A DNA stretch of 64,000 bases, from assembly GCA_051294905.1 (NCBI GenBank), contig CM119372.1, forward strand, positions 9,488,001-9,552,000, given 5' to 3'. Positions 36,401-49,400 of the stretch are shown one piece after another. A model generated the notes under the pieces. The model had not been told where the DNA came from and ran no database searches. It saw nothing but the letters and a program-made list of their open reading frames with translations. Source of the DNA: Botryllus schlosseri (taxonomy: Eukaryota). The position numbers were made by a program, and so were the translations under genes. Numbering within the stretch: position 1 is the first letter of the stretch; the number at the start of each line of letters is the position of its first letter.

Positions 36401-39400
36401 AGTGGTGCAAAGTAGGAATGCAAAGAATTTCAACCAAAGATGTTATAATGACGCGAAAAAATGGTAATCCATGAAAAAGGTTCACAGTGCAGAACCTACC
36501 AAGGTTCGTTTGTGAACGTGAACCTCTAAATTTCCGAGGTTCACACACAGAACGCGAACGTGAACCTCACGTTCACACCATCCCTAGTATCTAGTATGCT
36601 ACGTAGGGTTGCATTCAAAACAAAAGGTGTTTTAAAACACTTTGTTTAAAACATGTCTTAAACAGTGTTTTAAACAAAGGCCCTTTTAAAAAAATATGTT
36701 TTTTGTAAGCTGTAAAATCATGCCATAATTGTGTAAATACTTTCCAAAAACAGGTTGTGTGAACCTATGGACAATTACCACCCGTTATAGGCGATATCTC
36801 GATATGGGACGGTTGGAACGGGAACCCTCGAAATATAGTTGGTTGAACATTAATAGCACATACATTCCGTCAAAGGAGCTATATTTACCATATATTTTCA
36901 ATTGCCAATGTCAATACACTATGACGTCACAATTGAATATTCGTGACATCATGGCTTAAAAAACAAACAAAAATATAATAGAAACATGTTTTAAATTAGG
37001 GCATTCTTTTAAACATGTTTGTTTTACATTGATTTTTGTGTTAGATGCAACCCTAATGCTACACCATAATTTATGTTACACTCACGAGCATATCTGGACA
37101 CCTCCGCATCTGAATATCTCCGAACCATCAACAATTTGTTTGATAACGGCCATCCACGGTCTACTGGTAGGAGAGTTGACATTGACACCGCCTAAATATA
37201 CATGGTGTTAGTCTTGTATATGTTTGCATGTACCCATGTACTCGCTTTATGAAAAATAAAATGAACCATTCACGTCGGAAAATTATGGGTATTTTCATTT
37301 TTAAGTATGTAACCAATGGATTGGTCTCGTAAAGGAAAGCATTCATTGTCCGCCGGATTACAATGATGCTAGAGGAAATAGTGGCTAGGAATGTTACATA
37401 TAAAACTGAATCCATATCGTAGGTTAATAACCGCTGAATAGTGACAAACTTTTCCTTGTTCTTTTCAATTTTGATGTTCGATTTATTTGACACCACCGTC
37501 CTATTCATTTCAATTATTTGAAGAGCTTCTTGGAGGTACAGAACTTCAATATACAATTGAATAGTATATTCATTGAAGATTTGGGTTCATTTCAATATGA
37601 ATATACTATTCAATCATTTCAATTAATATCGGGCTACGTGAGCAGTGAGCACTGAGCAACTGTCATCTCGAGCATGACTTTCATAGGTATATACATATCA
37701 GCGTGCTTCAATGATCCGTGAGCACATTTATTGAAACGCATCACGAATAGGATCTATCAAATGCAAGCGACAAGGGAAGGTATATATCGCCTATCGGAGA
37801 AAATCTCAAGTTTTACCGACTACTCTTTGCAGATTACTGATGTCCAGACTTTTTCCGCAGGTACCGCTGTCTGTCGTGGGAAGACAGCCCGTCGGAAAAG
37901 AAACACCTGAAACACAAAGAGTTACCAGCATACCGGCGTTTTTCATCCATGTACCTTGTACACGTATATATAGGCTACTAATATACCTTTCTTGTGACAA
38001 ACTCCACCCAGTTGACTCCCCGCGTCCTGAGCCCAGCAGCAGCCCTTGGTTTCGCAAGTCGATTTCAGGTGACCCAACGCGGCTGGGCTCAACTTCGGTA
38101 TTTTGATGCCGGTCGTACCGCCAGTAAGCAACGCACTTAAAAGAGCAGGATTGGTTCCGCCGATGGAAGATGAAGACCCCCCGAGAAGACCAGAGGTTCC
38201 GCCGAGAAGACCAGAGCTGCCACCAGACAACAAACTCAACAGAGTAGACGTGTCGAGCTGTCGCGTTGCCGAGGCGGAACCGGATCTCGCCAAAAGCGAG
38301 AGAAGCGGATTGCTGGCAGCTGAGCCGAGACCGCCGAGAAGACCGGGGTTGGATTGAAGCAGCGCGCTCATCAGGGGGTTGCTTCCGAAAAGTGAAGCTA
38401 GAGGGTTCGGGGCTGGTGTCGTAGCAATTGTGCTCTGTTTCCCTCTAAGGTCGAGGGCGACAACCGACAGTTGAAATGACTTGAATCCATCGCATTCCTC
38501 TTGATCGTCTACAGCGCAAGTATCTGAAAAAGATGTTAAGTTATAAACCCCTACCCGAGGATCAACACGATAAACCTACCAGCGCTATCTTGAAGCCGGT
38601 ATGCCGATGCAGGTACTAGAGTGCATCTAAAACAGCGGGAGCCGTACGTGTCGCGAAAGAAAAGGCAACCCTGCCGTAAAATGGTATTTTTACCACGTTC
38701 TGTTGTGCCTTGTGAAAAGGGTCAGTCAATGTACGTACCACATTGAAACATTCTGATTCGGTGTTGATGTTTGTGTTATACCCAGATCTGCATGAATCGT
38801 AGGTGTATCGCTGCGAGATGCATTTGGCAAGTATATCAGACGGAATGAGATCTGAAACGCAATAGGGAGATCAGCCACACGCCCGCGACTGCTCGTTACA
38901 CTATATATTGCACTGGTCTACACGATTTTGCGCCAGGATTTCTTTGGATCATTTTTACCTAATTTGTGGGCGCTGAATCGGAATCTGGCGCTATTTTTGT
39001 TCCATCACATCACGTTTTTGAGACAATATATCAATCGATTATATAGACTGACCAGTGACCATGATTCAAATAACAAAGATAATTGTTAAAACCTCAATTT
39101 CAGCTAATTTAAATGTGTCCATTATTATACGTGATTGATCTTTATCCATCAGTCAAATTTATGGAGTATGTGTATAACTTATGCAGTATATGGACTATAC
39201 GACCACTTTTCACACTGCAGCAGCGTATTCGATCGTTAATTGTTTTGCGGTGCATGTGCTTTAGCCATTTTCCCCATTATTATGTACTCTATTACTCACT
39301 TGGATTTATTGACCCCTGCTTAAAAGCGGTGACTGCAGGTGCGTCCGCCGTGATACCAAACAAACTGATAATGCCTGTCAAACAGCAGACCATTAATGGA

Positions 39401-41172
39401 TTCGAAAGAGAACGAATGAAATACACACTAGCTTACTTGGAATCGATCCGAGGCCTGGGGGAGAGTTGCCAGATGCGAGATCGATCAGTGCATTACCAGT
39501 GGCACCGCAATTGTAACGCAGCTTCATGATAGCTGCAACTTCGGAGGTCAAGCTCTTCAGCAGCAGACATGCTCTTGCGTTAGTGGGCGGGGGTCTGTAG
39601 CTCTGTACGCCGTAAGCTGGAAAACGACCACCGAGAGATGAACGCCAATTTGTATTTTGCGCTACATTTTAGACGCACGTACTCGGTAGTCGACTTCCCA
39701 CTGCGCTTGCGGCCGGTAATACAGGAAACGTCAGTTCGGGTGATACCTTAGGCGCGGCAGTTGGGGCGGGGGTGTTGCCCGCCGCCGGTGCAGCTGCCCC
39801 GCCTCCGGTGCTCTAAAGATTATTCCGTTTGATTAGGAAATCGCAGTCTTGCTAAATACAGACCTGCTTTAACCGAACACGAACACGTATTGAGTAACAT
39901 TCGATACTTACTCCAAGAATGCCTTGCACCAGCCTGTTGGCTTCCTCGGCTTCGATAGGTGGTTCATTTCCGGTACAACCGAGAAGTTTTTGTAACTCTG
40001 CTCTTGCCTAGGAAACAACAACAACAACGCATACACTAAAGGGGTTCTGTGCTCTAAATATGATGTGGTCTCATATTTAAGTAGAAGGAATGAAAAGCAT
40101 TTTGGCACAGCCATATTCTTTGAAAGCCATCGTATATGATATCGAGGTGACGTGTCATCGATTCGTAACCACACAAAGGTATTAAGTAGATTCACAATGT
40201 GTTAAGTAGCGATGACGAGTGACCTCGATGCAGGGTTGTAATGACTCGAGTCATTTTCTTAAAAATGAAAAATGACTCGACTCGAGTCAATTTGGGTATC
40301 GACTCGACTTGTAATCGAGTCATTGCACATGACTCGGACTAAGTCATATGACTCGAGACTGGGCCTACCAAGACAGTCATTTCATTGTAATTCCGAAGAA
40401 TAGTAATGCTATCCCACTATATTATCATTTCGTCTAGCCTACACTTGAAAATGCTACCAGAAACTGGTAAAGTGAGGAAATCACTATATTATAAATGCGA
40501 AGCATTCGATATCATCGAGCAGAGTTGTAAAAAGTGGGTTTCACATGACATTACCTCGGAACTGGACGGTCAACACAATGACTTGGACTCGGAGTCGAGT
40601 CAAAACACTATGACTCGGACTCTACACTCTACACCGTGACTTGCATTACACCGGACTTGACTTGGTGGTGAATTGAATATGACTCGGGTCAAAACTAGAA
40701 AGATTGCACGAGATTGAGATTGAGAGATTGCCTTGTGACTCGGAACCTTGTGACTTGGTTACAACCTTGCCTCGATGTCACAGAGATCGATTGACTGGAA
40801 TGGTACCTTTCTCAAAAATCGTCTGCTGCAGTTCGAATGACGGGGCTTGCTTAGGAGGATGGCTGCTTCCAAAATGTTTTTCACACTTTGATTTGAGACC
40901 ACATCACTGTAAGCGTAATGACGTATGAACCGGCCACGGTAGGCCTATCACTAGGCTTACCATACGTCTCGCTTTAGGCGGGACACTCCCGCTTTTTAAC
41001 GTATTGTCCCGGCGTCCCGCCCAGTCAGCAAAGCGTCCCGCTTTTTAAGGCCGTAAGAAATTTAGGTTTAGAGCAAATTGCGAGTGATAAGCCGTAAATT
41101 AGCACAGAAGTGACGCTCCGGCGGGTATTTCGGAGTGAAAAACGGTGATTTCAGCTCTGAGCGAAAAGATGA

Positions 41173-41203
<31 letters not shown>

Positions 41204-43089
41204 GTCAACCGATCACAAAGTGGGATAAATTCACCGGTTTTTGAGAATTTTTCTCCGGTTTTGCAAGCCTCAGATTTCGGAAAAAGTGTCCCCCTTTTAG
41301 ATTTCCAGAATATGGTAAGCCTACCTATCACTGTAGATAGGCATCTGACCTAGCACTGATGGCATAGTTTCATCGACCGATTTGATGCTGGAGTGATGCT
41401 CAGGATATAGCGATATTGTGTGATTGCGATTACTTTGCAATGCCGCACTAATTACAATGGCAGCAAATTTTGATTGCAAGGTAGCCTATTGAATACCGCT
41501 TCATTCGTAATGCCGTTTGCCAGACTGCATTGGTTGATGCCGCTCAATGGATCGGTGCTTTGCTTCACTATGGAAGCTGCCACGTTCGTACCTAGCGCTC
41601 CTTGCTGTCCTGCCGAGATATTCATAGTTAAGTAACCAGTAAAAATCACTATTCTCATGTGTCATGTTCCAATCAACTGACCTTGAATTCCTTGTACAGG
41701 TACAGGTGTCCTATTCGGTAATCCTAGAGAAGCGAAAAGATTTTTCATGTTGGTGCTGACGGAAGACGTCGGCGGTTGCGTGGATTTCTGGGGCTGATGT
41801 TGGTTCTGGTAGGTCTGTCCCTGTTGGCTTGGCCGTCTTCGTGAATACACATAATTTCCTTGTTGGGTATGTGAATATTGGTTTTGCGTATGAGTTGGGG
41901 TCTGATAGTGACTTGATGGCTGATGAGGGTATCGGTATTTCTGCTGAGATGGATATACATAACGCTGCTGGTTGTGCTGCTGACCCATCTGCTGTTGATT
42001 TGGAGCTTGGTATGGTTGTTGATAATGTGGTTGGGGCGGCTGTATCGGCTGAGCGAAACTCTCGGAAGGAATTGCGCTATCTGCAAATCATAGGTTACAT
42101 TTGGTATTGTTTTATGACGTAATATCACCCGGTCACTTAATTGAAAACATTATACCATAAACATTGCGCTGGTTTACATTCATCCACGAGTTAGTAAATG
42201 CCAATATTTCCCTATACTTACAATTCAGTATGATTCGATCTGAAATATCAGGGATGTCTAAATACGCCAGGAATTCGAGACAATCTGTCATGTGTTACTA
42301 TAATAAGTTCACATTTATCAGATAGGTTTGTAACAATGGAATGGACTACGTCACAGTCTTTATACACCAGAGAAAATGGAAACAACTCCATACGTACTAT
42401 GATCTTGCCAACTTTCCGATGATCCCGTCACATGAGCTGAAAACAAAGATCGCTGTTCAACTGATACGCGGCAGCTCATTCCGCAGCTGAGGGGACATCG
42501 AACTAAACTTACTTTTTCCGTAGCATCTCGGTATCGACGAATTCCAACAGCACTTCTTCACCTGCTCACAAAATGCCTGCGCATTCTTGTGAATTGACGG
42601 AACACCGTTGTTGTAAAGATAATTGTTTATGTCGTCCTGGTCGAAGCAGCCGTGTTCAACGTACGCATTAGTGAGGCAGATCCCTGCACCTGTAACGGAG
42701 GATATTATTGTAGTATGAACCGCACTTATGAAATCCGACTGCATTTCGTATATCGCGATGGGTGGAAAATGGCGTTTTAGCATATCCCAGCTCACGACCT
42801 ACCAATATTCAAAGTTCCCACCGATTTCGCCATGTTTTCACCTCAGAGAACAATATCTTTCCGAAGTTCATTAGGATTTAGACCAATTACACAGCACATG
42901 ATATATGAAATCCCACTATCAGTTCACGAGCATTCAATGCCATGAAAAGCTAGGCCCGATACCGAATTTAGGTGGTCCCCGACATCAATATCAACGATGA
43001 TGTAAAACCGAGCGATTATTGAATTCACCTGATACATAAACCTCCATCCACATCGAAACACAGATTGCTGCAAGTAGTATTCGAGCCAT
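33498..43089 (-). CDS. Secreted mosaic protein: trefoil(P)-like Cys modules + Q/Y/H-rich and G/S/L-rich low-complexity regions + non-catalytic trypsin-like (S1) domain, ~990 aa, >=20 exons
   Basis: Phase-consistent minus-strand exons: 43089-43029 (signal peptide MARILLAAICVSMWMEVYVSG), 42689-42513, 42080-41682, 41609-41456, 40906-40807, 40007-39912, 39812-39683, 39616-39437, 39374-39300, 38851-38739, 38670-38580, 38523-37987, 37906-37817, 37191-37086, 35352-35278, 35209-35142, 34904-34807, 34731-34495, 34416-34315, 33593-33527. The protease domain reads CGK..QR/VVGG, RPWMAVI, CGG, WILTTASC, NDIALL, PVCLP, DTCYGDGGSP, FMPWI. The 3' end is uncertain: a GTAAGT donor at 33526 or read-through to TAA at 33498. 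Confidence 0.85.
35715..36586. mobile_element. TAGGGATGGTGTGAAC-TIR non-autonomous hAT-like element
   Basis: TIRs TAGGGATGGTGTGAAC / GTTCACACCATCCCTA; perfect TSD GTATCTAG; GTGAAC/GTTCAC subterminal repeats. Confidence 0.9.
36604..37055. mobile_element. TAGGGTTGCAT-TIR MITE
   Basis: TIRs TAGGGTTGCAT / ATGCAACCCTA; TSD ATGCTACG / ATGCTACA. Confidence 0.85.
40231..40769. mobile_element. GACTCGAGTC-rich hAT-like MITE
   Basis: TIRs CAGGGTTGTAA / TTACAACCTTG; perfect TSD CCTCGATG. Confidence 0.9.
40952..41323. mobile_element. TAGGCTTACCATA-TIR MITE, copy 2
   Basis: TIRs TAGGCTTACCATA / TATGGTAAGCCTA; perfect TSD CCTATCAC; internal poly-T. Confidence 0.9.
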
Positions 43090-43166
43090 ATCTGCGTGCT
43101 TGTATTCAATCGCTAGAATATGCCAAAATTCTCATGAACACAACTGAAATGTCGAAAATGGAATTA

Positions 43167-46100
43167 CTATTTAATCGACTGCGCATAGCGCGCAATCTTC
43201 TTTATCTTTTGGAATCTCCAGGTGAATTTCCAAAGCGGATCACTCTCCTCCATATTAGCTTTTACAACTTTTAAATATCTCTTGCATGACTTTCCTTTCT
43301 TCCGACTACGTGGGACAGACATTTTAAGTATCCTCTGACCAAAATAATCACCATTCCTCCTTCACACGTACCCACGCCACCAGAGTCAAGTTTCTCTGAT
43401 TCTGATTCTCTTTAATTCGACATGGGCTGTGCCTCGGATAAACATTAACTATCCTGTACATCTAGTCAATCCTTCGTTCGATCATCTAAAGTGCAGTATC
43501 CTGACTCTTCACGAGAACAGTGGTCGCTAACACGTACAATATCTGGTCATACTGCAATATTGTAAATCTTTCCATACACCACATAGAGATTATTCATTTA
43601 CAGAATCGAGCTCACAAGTGAAAAGTATATTTCTCACGGAAGGTTTTTGACTAGACATAATTCCATATTGCATTTTTTATAACCCTCGTCAACTGAACCG
43701 TTACTGCTCGCCATCTGATCCGCGTAAGCTGTGTCTTACAGAAGCCTAGACGTGGGTTGTGCTACAAGTCGGCAATAACGGAATCATAATAAAGAATATC
43801 GGCAAGGTGCAAATGACCACTGCAGTCGAAAAACACCATGAATATCACAAACAAACAAACAAACAAACTGAGCCGATACAGGTTAAGCTCATCGAATTGT
43901 GACGACGGTACAGGTTTACGTTATCACTAACTAGCGTGGGCACGAGGAGCGATGAAATGAAAGACTGTAGCATGATATTAAATTTATCCTTGGTCGCAAT
44001 TCAGGTAACATAATTTTCAAGAGTTCGAATTTTATCTATGATCAGACATGATCGCGTAGTCTCCTATGTTTGTTTGCGGAACACACGGAATTATATAAAT
44101 CCGCATTTCAATGTAAAATGTGCATCAGACCAAGGAACCATACCGCAATTAGCATATAGTTCTCCAGATCTCTTGCGTATCACCACAATAAAATTAACAC
44201 GAAGCTGTCGTCTTCACCCATATTATGTATATATCCCAATTGCTTAATTTTCACCACACTCCCTTTTCATCTCAAGCCTATTCTTTCGAGATGTTTTATA
44301 ATTCCAGAATTATCCGCTATAGAATTTTAGCTGCGATACGGATGCAATGATAGACCACAGTGGACTTCATGTATAGAAACATTCAGTAGAAGTAGTAACC
44401 CAGTAAGTGCGTTTTGATAACAGTTCCAACTAAGTCACGACAAGCGACTTGGCCAAGGCCACTAATAGGGAACATGGCGGCAAATGGCACGAATCCTAAC
44501 GAAAATATTATAAAATTCATCTATCATACAATTTGCTATTATCTCAAATATATCTACACTATAATCAACACTTTTGTCGACTAAGATAAAGATACGGATG
44601 TTGAAGATCAAATAAATCGTGACTTTTATTAATCAATATCCAATGTTACCAATAAATTTATAACATAGTTAAGTCAGTTTTATCCAGCGTTTATAATACC
44701 ACTTGAATGTATGTCTTACAGTTTGAAATATCAAGTTGGAATCAACCACTGAATTATATCGCAACGGGTCCACATGCATACATGTTGTTCAATGTCAGTC
44801 ACATGTACTGATGAACAGTCAGCCGGGTACATATGCATTTTTACATCACACAACAACAAAGTTATCGGAACACGTAGCAACAAATTATAGTTTTAATATC
44901 AACGGAGCATGGACATTGGACAACATGATATCGAGAATTCTGCGCTTTCGCTGTAAGCCACCACATTTATAAAATACTCTCGAGAATCCTGATTCTCTAT
45001 AATTGCACACTTTAAACTCAACCCGCCCGTTTCACGTATTACATCTATTCGAGCCTTGTTCAGCCCGCAGCGGGGTGGTACATACTGGTATTTTAAAGCT
45101 GTATGATACTGCGACTCGATACACTATATTGAAATTCGGGGAAAGCGTTCTTCGTAATGTGGGTGTTTTATGCTATAATTGTTTTACTGTCCCGCGATAT
45201 GGCGACTAGACTTGCACTTTTACACCAGCATAAGTGTGTAATAAATATAGGCGCAAATTGAAACTATATCTAAATCTCTGTTCTATTAGGATATTGAGCT
45301 TTCCTCCCGGTCATAGGTGTGGGAGACAAACATTTTCTGTCATATTCTATCCTATATTGTTGATGCTAGTAAAATAGAACCATCATATCGATTTATGCCT
45401 AAAATATAATGATTATTACCCGAAAATGGCCCATTTTAATACAGAGCGAACACGTGATACCTGAAAATTAGTAATATCTCCAGCGAAATGGCCGATATTT
45501 CAAACTTTTTCCAGAATATCAGTCAAGATTTTACCAAATATGCGATGTCATCGCACTTTTCGAGATGTGGTTTCACCACTCTCGTGCACTTATGCACCTG
45601 ACAGAGTTGCGTACTATACGTACGTATAGAACATCCCAACCGGTCGCTATGTCTTGCCTCGCTTTTTTTCATTTATCCCAATAGGGCGCATTTGAGCCTA
45701 TGTCGATTTCTCTGTCTCATTGCTGTGTCGCATTTGAGTGGGGTATATCGTTCGCGAATATTATTTGTTCTATTTTGAAGTGACGTAGCCTACAAAGTTG
45801 TCCAGGCGCTGGGTACATAGCGTGATGACTGCGACGACAATTTTTACAGTGTGAGACCGGACTTGGCTTGGGTAACCAATTTCCATTCGAGTATTAGACA
45901 AATCGAAAAAGTAATTTTATCCTATTGCTGTTATAAGAGTCATAACTATTATTTGCGATATGATTGGACTGGTGCTCATCGCGAATTGCGTCCTTCGTAG
46001 GGTTACCATAATTTGAGATCCGAAAAAGAAGACAGTTTGTACAAGTTACATGAGATATATCAGCGGGCGAAAATATGAATAATTCAGAAATTTTTGCGTG

Positions 46101-46491
46101 AAATATTATTGCGCGTTGACTAAAAAAGGTTATTTTCACAAATCGATTCCCGAAAGACACACTTCCAATTTAAATCGGTTGGAGTTGACCTTTTTTAGTC
46201 AACCTTGCCATCATTGTGGTCGAAATCCAGATTCCGGGTCATTTATGGCAATTTTTAATTGTCCGAGTCTCAGCGCCTGCCTCTCAAAGCTATAAAGGAG
46301 GACGAATTGCGAAAAAGGAGGACGCATGGTAGCCTAATCCTAGTCCTAGTGCACCATGGCTAGGGTGCTACTTGGAACAATTCTTTCAACTTATATATAC
46401 CGGTCACTATGTATGACATAAACATGAACACTGCAAATAGCGAGTATAGCGACCATATCCGAGCCCCTTTTTTGATTAAACTGGAAGGCAT
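43167..46491 (-). pseudogene. Possible heavily decayed polypeptide GalNAc-transferase-like (type II glycosyltransferase) remnant
   Basis: Minus strand: a type II anchor MPSSLIKKGARIWSLYSLFAVFMFMSYIVTGIYKL at 46491, scattered GALNT-like words (KCG..YIIPC / VFRKQ at ~44070-44110; LENYV.PELRP at ~43990-44020) and Cys/Trp ricin-like fragments ending ..PLWKFTWRF..IK* at 43167. Many stops and frameshifts; motif-level resemblance only. Confidence 0.28.
43690..43868 (+). mobile_element. 5'-truncated copy of the tRNA-derived SINE
   Basis: Body similar to the reverse complement of 25666-25830; (AAAC)n tail at 43848-43868. Confidence 0.75.
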
Positions 46492-49400
46492 TACCTTAAC
46501 GGTACTCTTTGAGCTATATTTCGCATTATAACATGACACACACCATACACCATGCGAGTACAGAGAATGAGAATGTATTGTTGTTGTGAGATTTTTGGGG
46601 AGTTTTTTCGGAATACAAACAACTACCGAGCAAGCCAATTGAATATTATGTTACCCCAGAATAGATTGATTCAAATTTAATTTTATACATATACGTTGAG
46701 TATTCAACTGATAATTTAGAAAAAATGCCCGTTTCTATAATTATTGTAAAATACTCAACAACAATTACAAAGTCCCTTCGAATTTCAATATCAGCCACAT
46801 TCAGCCCATTCAGTTTTCAACTTCCTTTCTTACAAATGGTAACATCTTCATTGATAGGCCTAACTTGGGCGGAATACTGTTCTGAAGCAATCATCAAGTC
46901 CACAATCAGAATCACGAAGACAATTGTTCAAATCTTGCAACTCCAGCCTGACATAGCCTGCTATCGGAAATGGCTAGCAGACGGCTTTGAATGAACAAGC
47001 TATACGTTTCGCATACGGATGCGCCGGAATTTATAACTACTTTTTTCTACCTCTCTCCTACCAGACGCTTGGCATTCAAGTGAGTAGATCATAACATAAA
47101 TTGATTACGGCATGATTCGATCGCAAATATTATATCGCTATTCGCCACATTCGATAGCCCTTTGTAAACTTAACCTTTCCGGCGTCTGTTCGTGATATTT
47201 TGCATGCATCGCGCGACGCACTGTAGACAATTATGTCGAGATATGATTTGGATAAAAGCTACGGTCGCTTCTAAAGCTACATCGTGACGTGTGCTCTGGT
47301 AAATATGATTCGTGTCGGAGCCGTCTAACGCAGCGGGTCGAGCACCGGTTTAAATATTGCTAATCCGATATCTATTTTGTAAATATACGCACATAGACAT
47401 GGTTTATCCACATTACACCACAAATTTACAGTAGCCTAACGAATGCACGCTCAACGTTCATTCGCTCAATCATCACAACAAGATATTTGGTACGGATTTT
47501 AAAAACTGCTGGAAAATATTTTGCACATGTTGTATTGCGTAATTATCATTGGTTTTTACATAAACAAGGCTATGCATGCCAGGATTGAACGTACCGCACT
47601 ACTTTACATCTTCGCCGCCAAATTTATGACCCAAAGACATTCTACACCTGCTTCGTAAATGACCCGACCACCTCCTCAATCAGTTCACTTTTGACGTACG
47701 GCATCGACTCGGGAAATAAAGTGTTTTGTAAACAACGCGACGCGTTTTGTATCTGCCAGACTCCGCGATGTGTATTGGACGGAGCCGAGGAATGCGATCA
47801 CGATCACATATCTGTCAACCATAACATCTGCCAACGGGGTAGGAAGGAGACAGCGGTCGTAAATCTCGAATGATGTATCATTATAACTGATTGGAATGCT
47901 GCATTCTGCTTCAATTGTGTTGAACCGATGATGTTTGAATGATTTGCGACATGCCGTTAAAATTTATTGTCGTAACAGTCTGATTTCATGCGATGGGAAT
48001 CTTCTTGTGATTATTCCAATATTCAATTATGACTTTTGCGGGATGAACTTTTCAACCCTTGCTTGATTCGCTTTTATAGACATAACAATCGTGGTAATGA
48101 TTCGCTCTCGTTAGAGTCTGTCCGGTTTAACTTATGAAATCATAGTGTTCTATTGAATACAATATGATGAAATTCATCAGAATCAACAGATTCCGCTCCT
48201 GGTAAACGGCGTTAACTGATTTCACTCATAAGGCAATTAATTTGTTGATAATATCGCCACGATAGATAAGGGTGTAATTACTTCATGCAGCACGTACCAG
48301 CCTCTATCGCCGCACGTCTTAGAACAAACCGCCTCGCTTTATTGTATTTATGCGATGTGATATGCTACCGACAATGTGCGCGGCTGTGATATCACCTACA
48401 AATATCACTGTGGCTCTGACGTAAGCCTAATTTGACTTGCCGATAACGTACGATGCCGTCAGGCATATCAAGACTTGATTTTGCTAGTACTATACCAAAA
48501 GGACTAATGAATCATGATAAACGAGGTAAGGTCCAGAGAAATCATTTCTATATTGAGAGAGTGATGCACATAACTGTTATATGTGATGACTGATGAGGCC
48601 TGAAACGTTATATGTCTTGAATGAAACCAAAGTTTTCTCCGGCCACCATCTTCCAGGCATCCTTAGCCTCAAGCATCTTTAGCGTTCGTAGCAGGAAGGT
48701 CGCTTACCACGTCTTATAAAAACTTGTCCATTTCTGGGGATAATGGGATAATCATTACGTGTCAGTTCGGGAGATTCTGTCATAAAACGTGAGCGAACTG
48801 ACGGGTGTATCAATTACAAAGGGATTTCGCCGGGCAAAGTAATCTGCGCCTCTTTACATGGAATCAAAGCTGCCGGTTGCGGAATCTTATACAGCATTTA
48901 TGACATGCTATACTCGCTGATTGTGAAACTAAAGAGTTCGTGAAATTGCCGATTGTAATATCCCGCAAGTGGTACTGATAGAAGAAGGTTGCGTCTAATG
49001 AGTGCAATTTCGATTTTCTCTCAAAACTACGGTAATACCATTATGAGTTTATGGCACTACGATAACAATACTCGAATGCCGTATGCTTATTTGCTATTTA
49101 CATATGCAGGAAATACAGAAGTGTTCTGAAAATATTCTCAACACGCAATCCGAAGTTAACTCTATATTTTATGACACCGATTAATATTCATCTCAGGGGT
49201 AGGGAACCTTTTTCGTCAAAAGAACCATGATTGTATATGTTCGATTCGAATCCCCAAACAGCCATACAATGATAATAATTATTTAGGGCTGGGAAAAATC
49301 GAGTACCTGAGTGAGTCGATTCTGAATCACGTATTACGCTTCGAGTCGACTATAACTCATTATGACGTCACAACCGAATGTACTATGTCAAAGTTCAAAC

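Noticed and set aside
41345..41390. Possible mini-exon in the trefoil gene
   Set aside because: Including it shifts the phase and hits a stop in the next exon; direct 41456>40906 splicing is in frame.
46770..46960. Signal-peptide-like minus-strand stretch (MSGWSCKI*TIVFVILIVDLMIA)
   Set aside because: In-frame stop and no downstream exon chain or recognisable domain.
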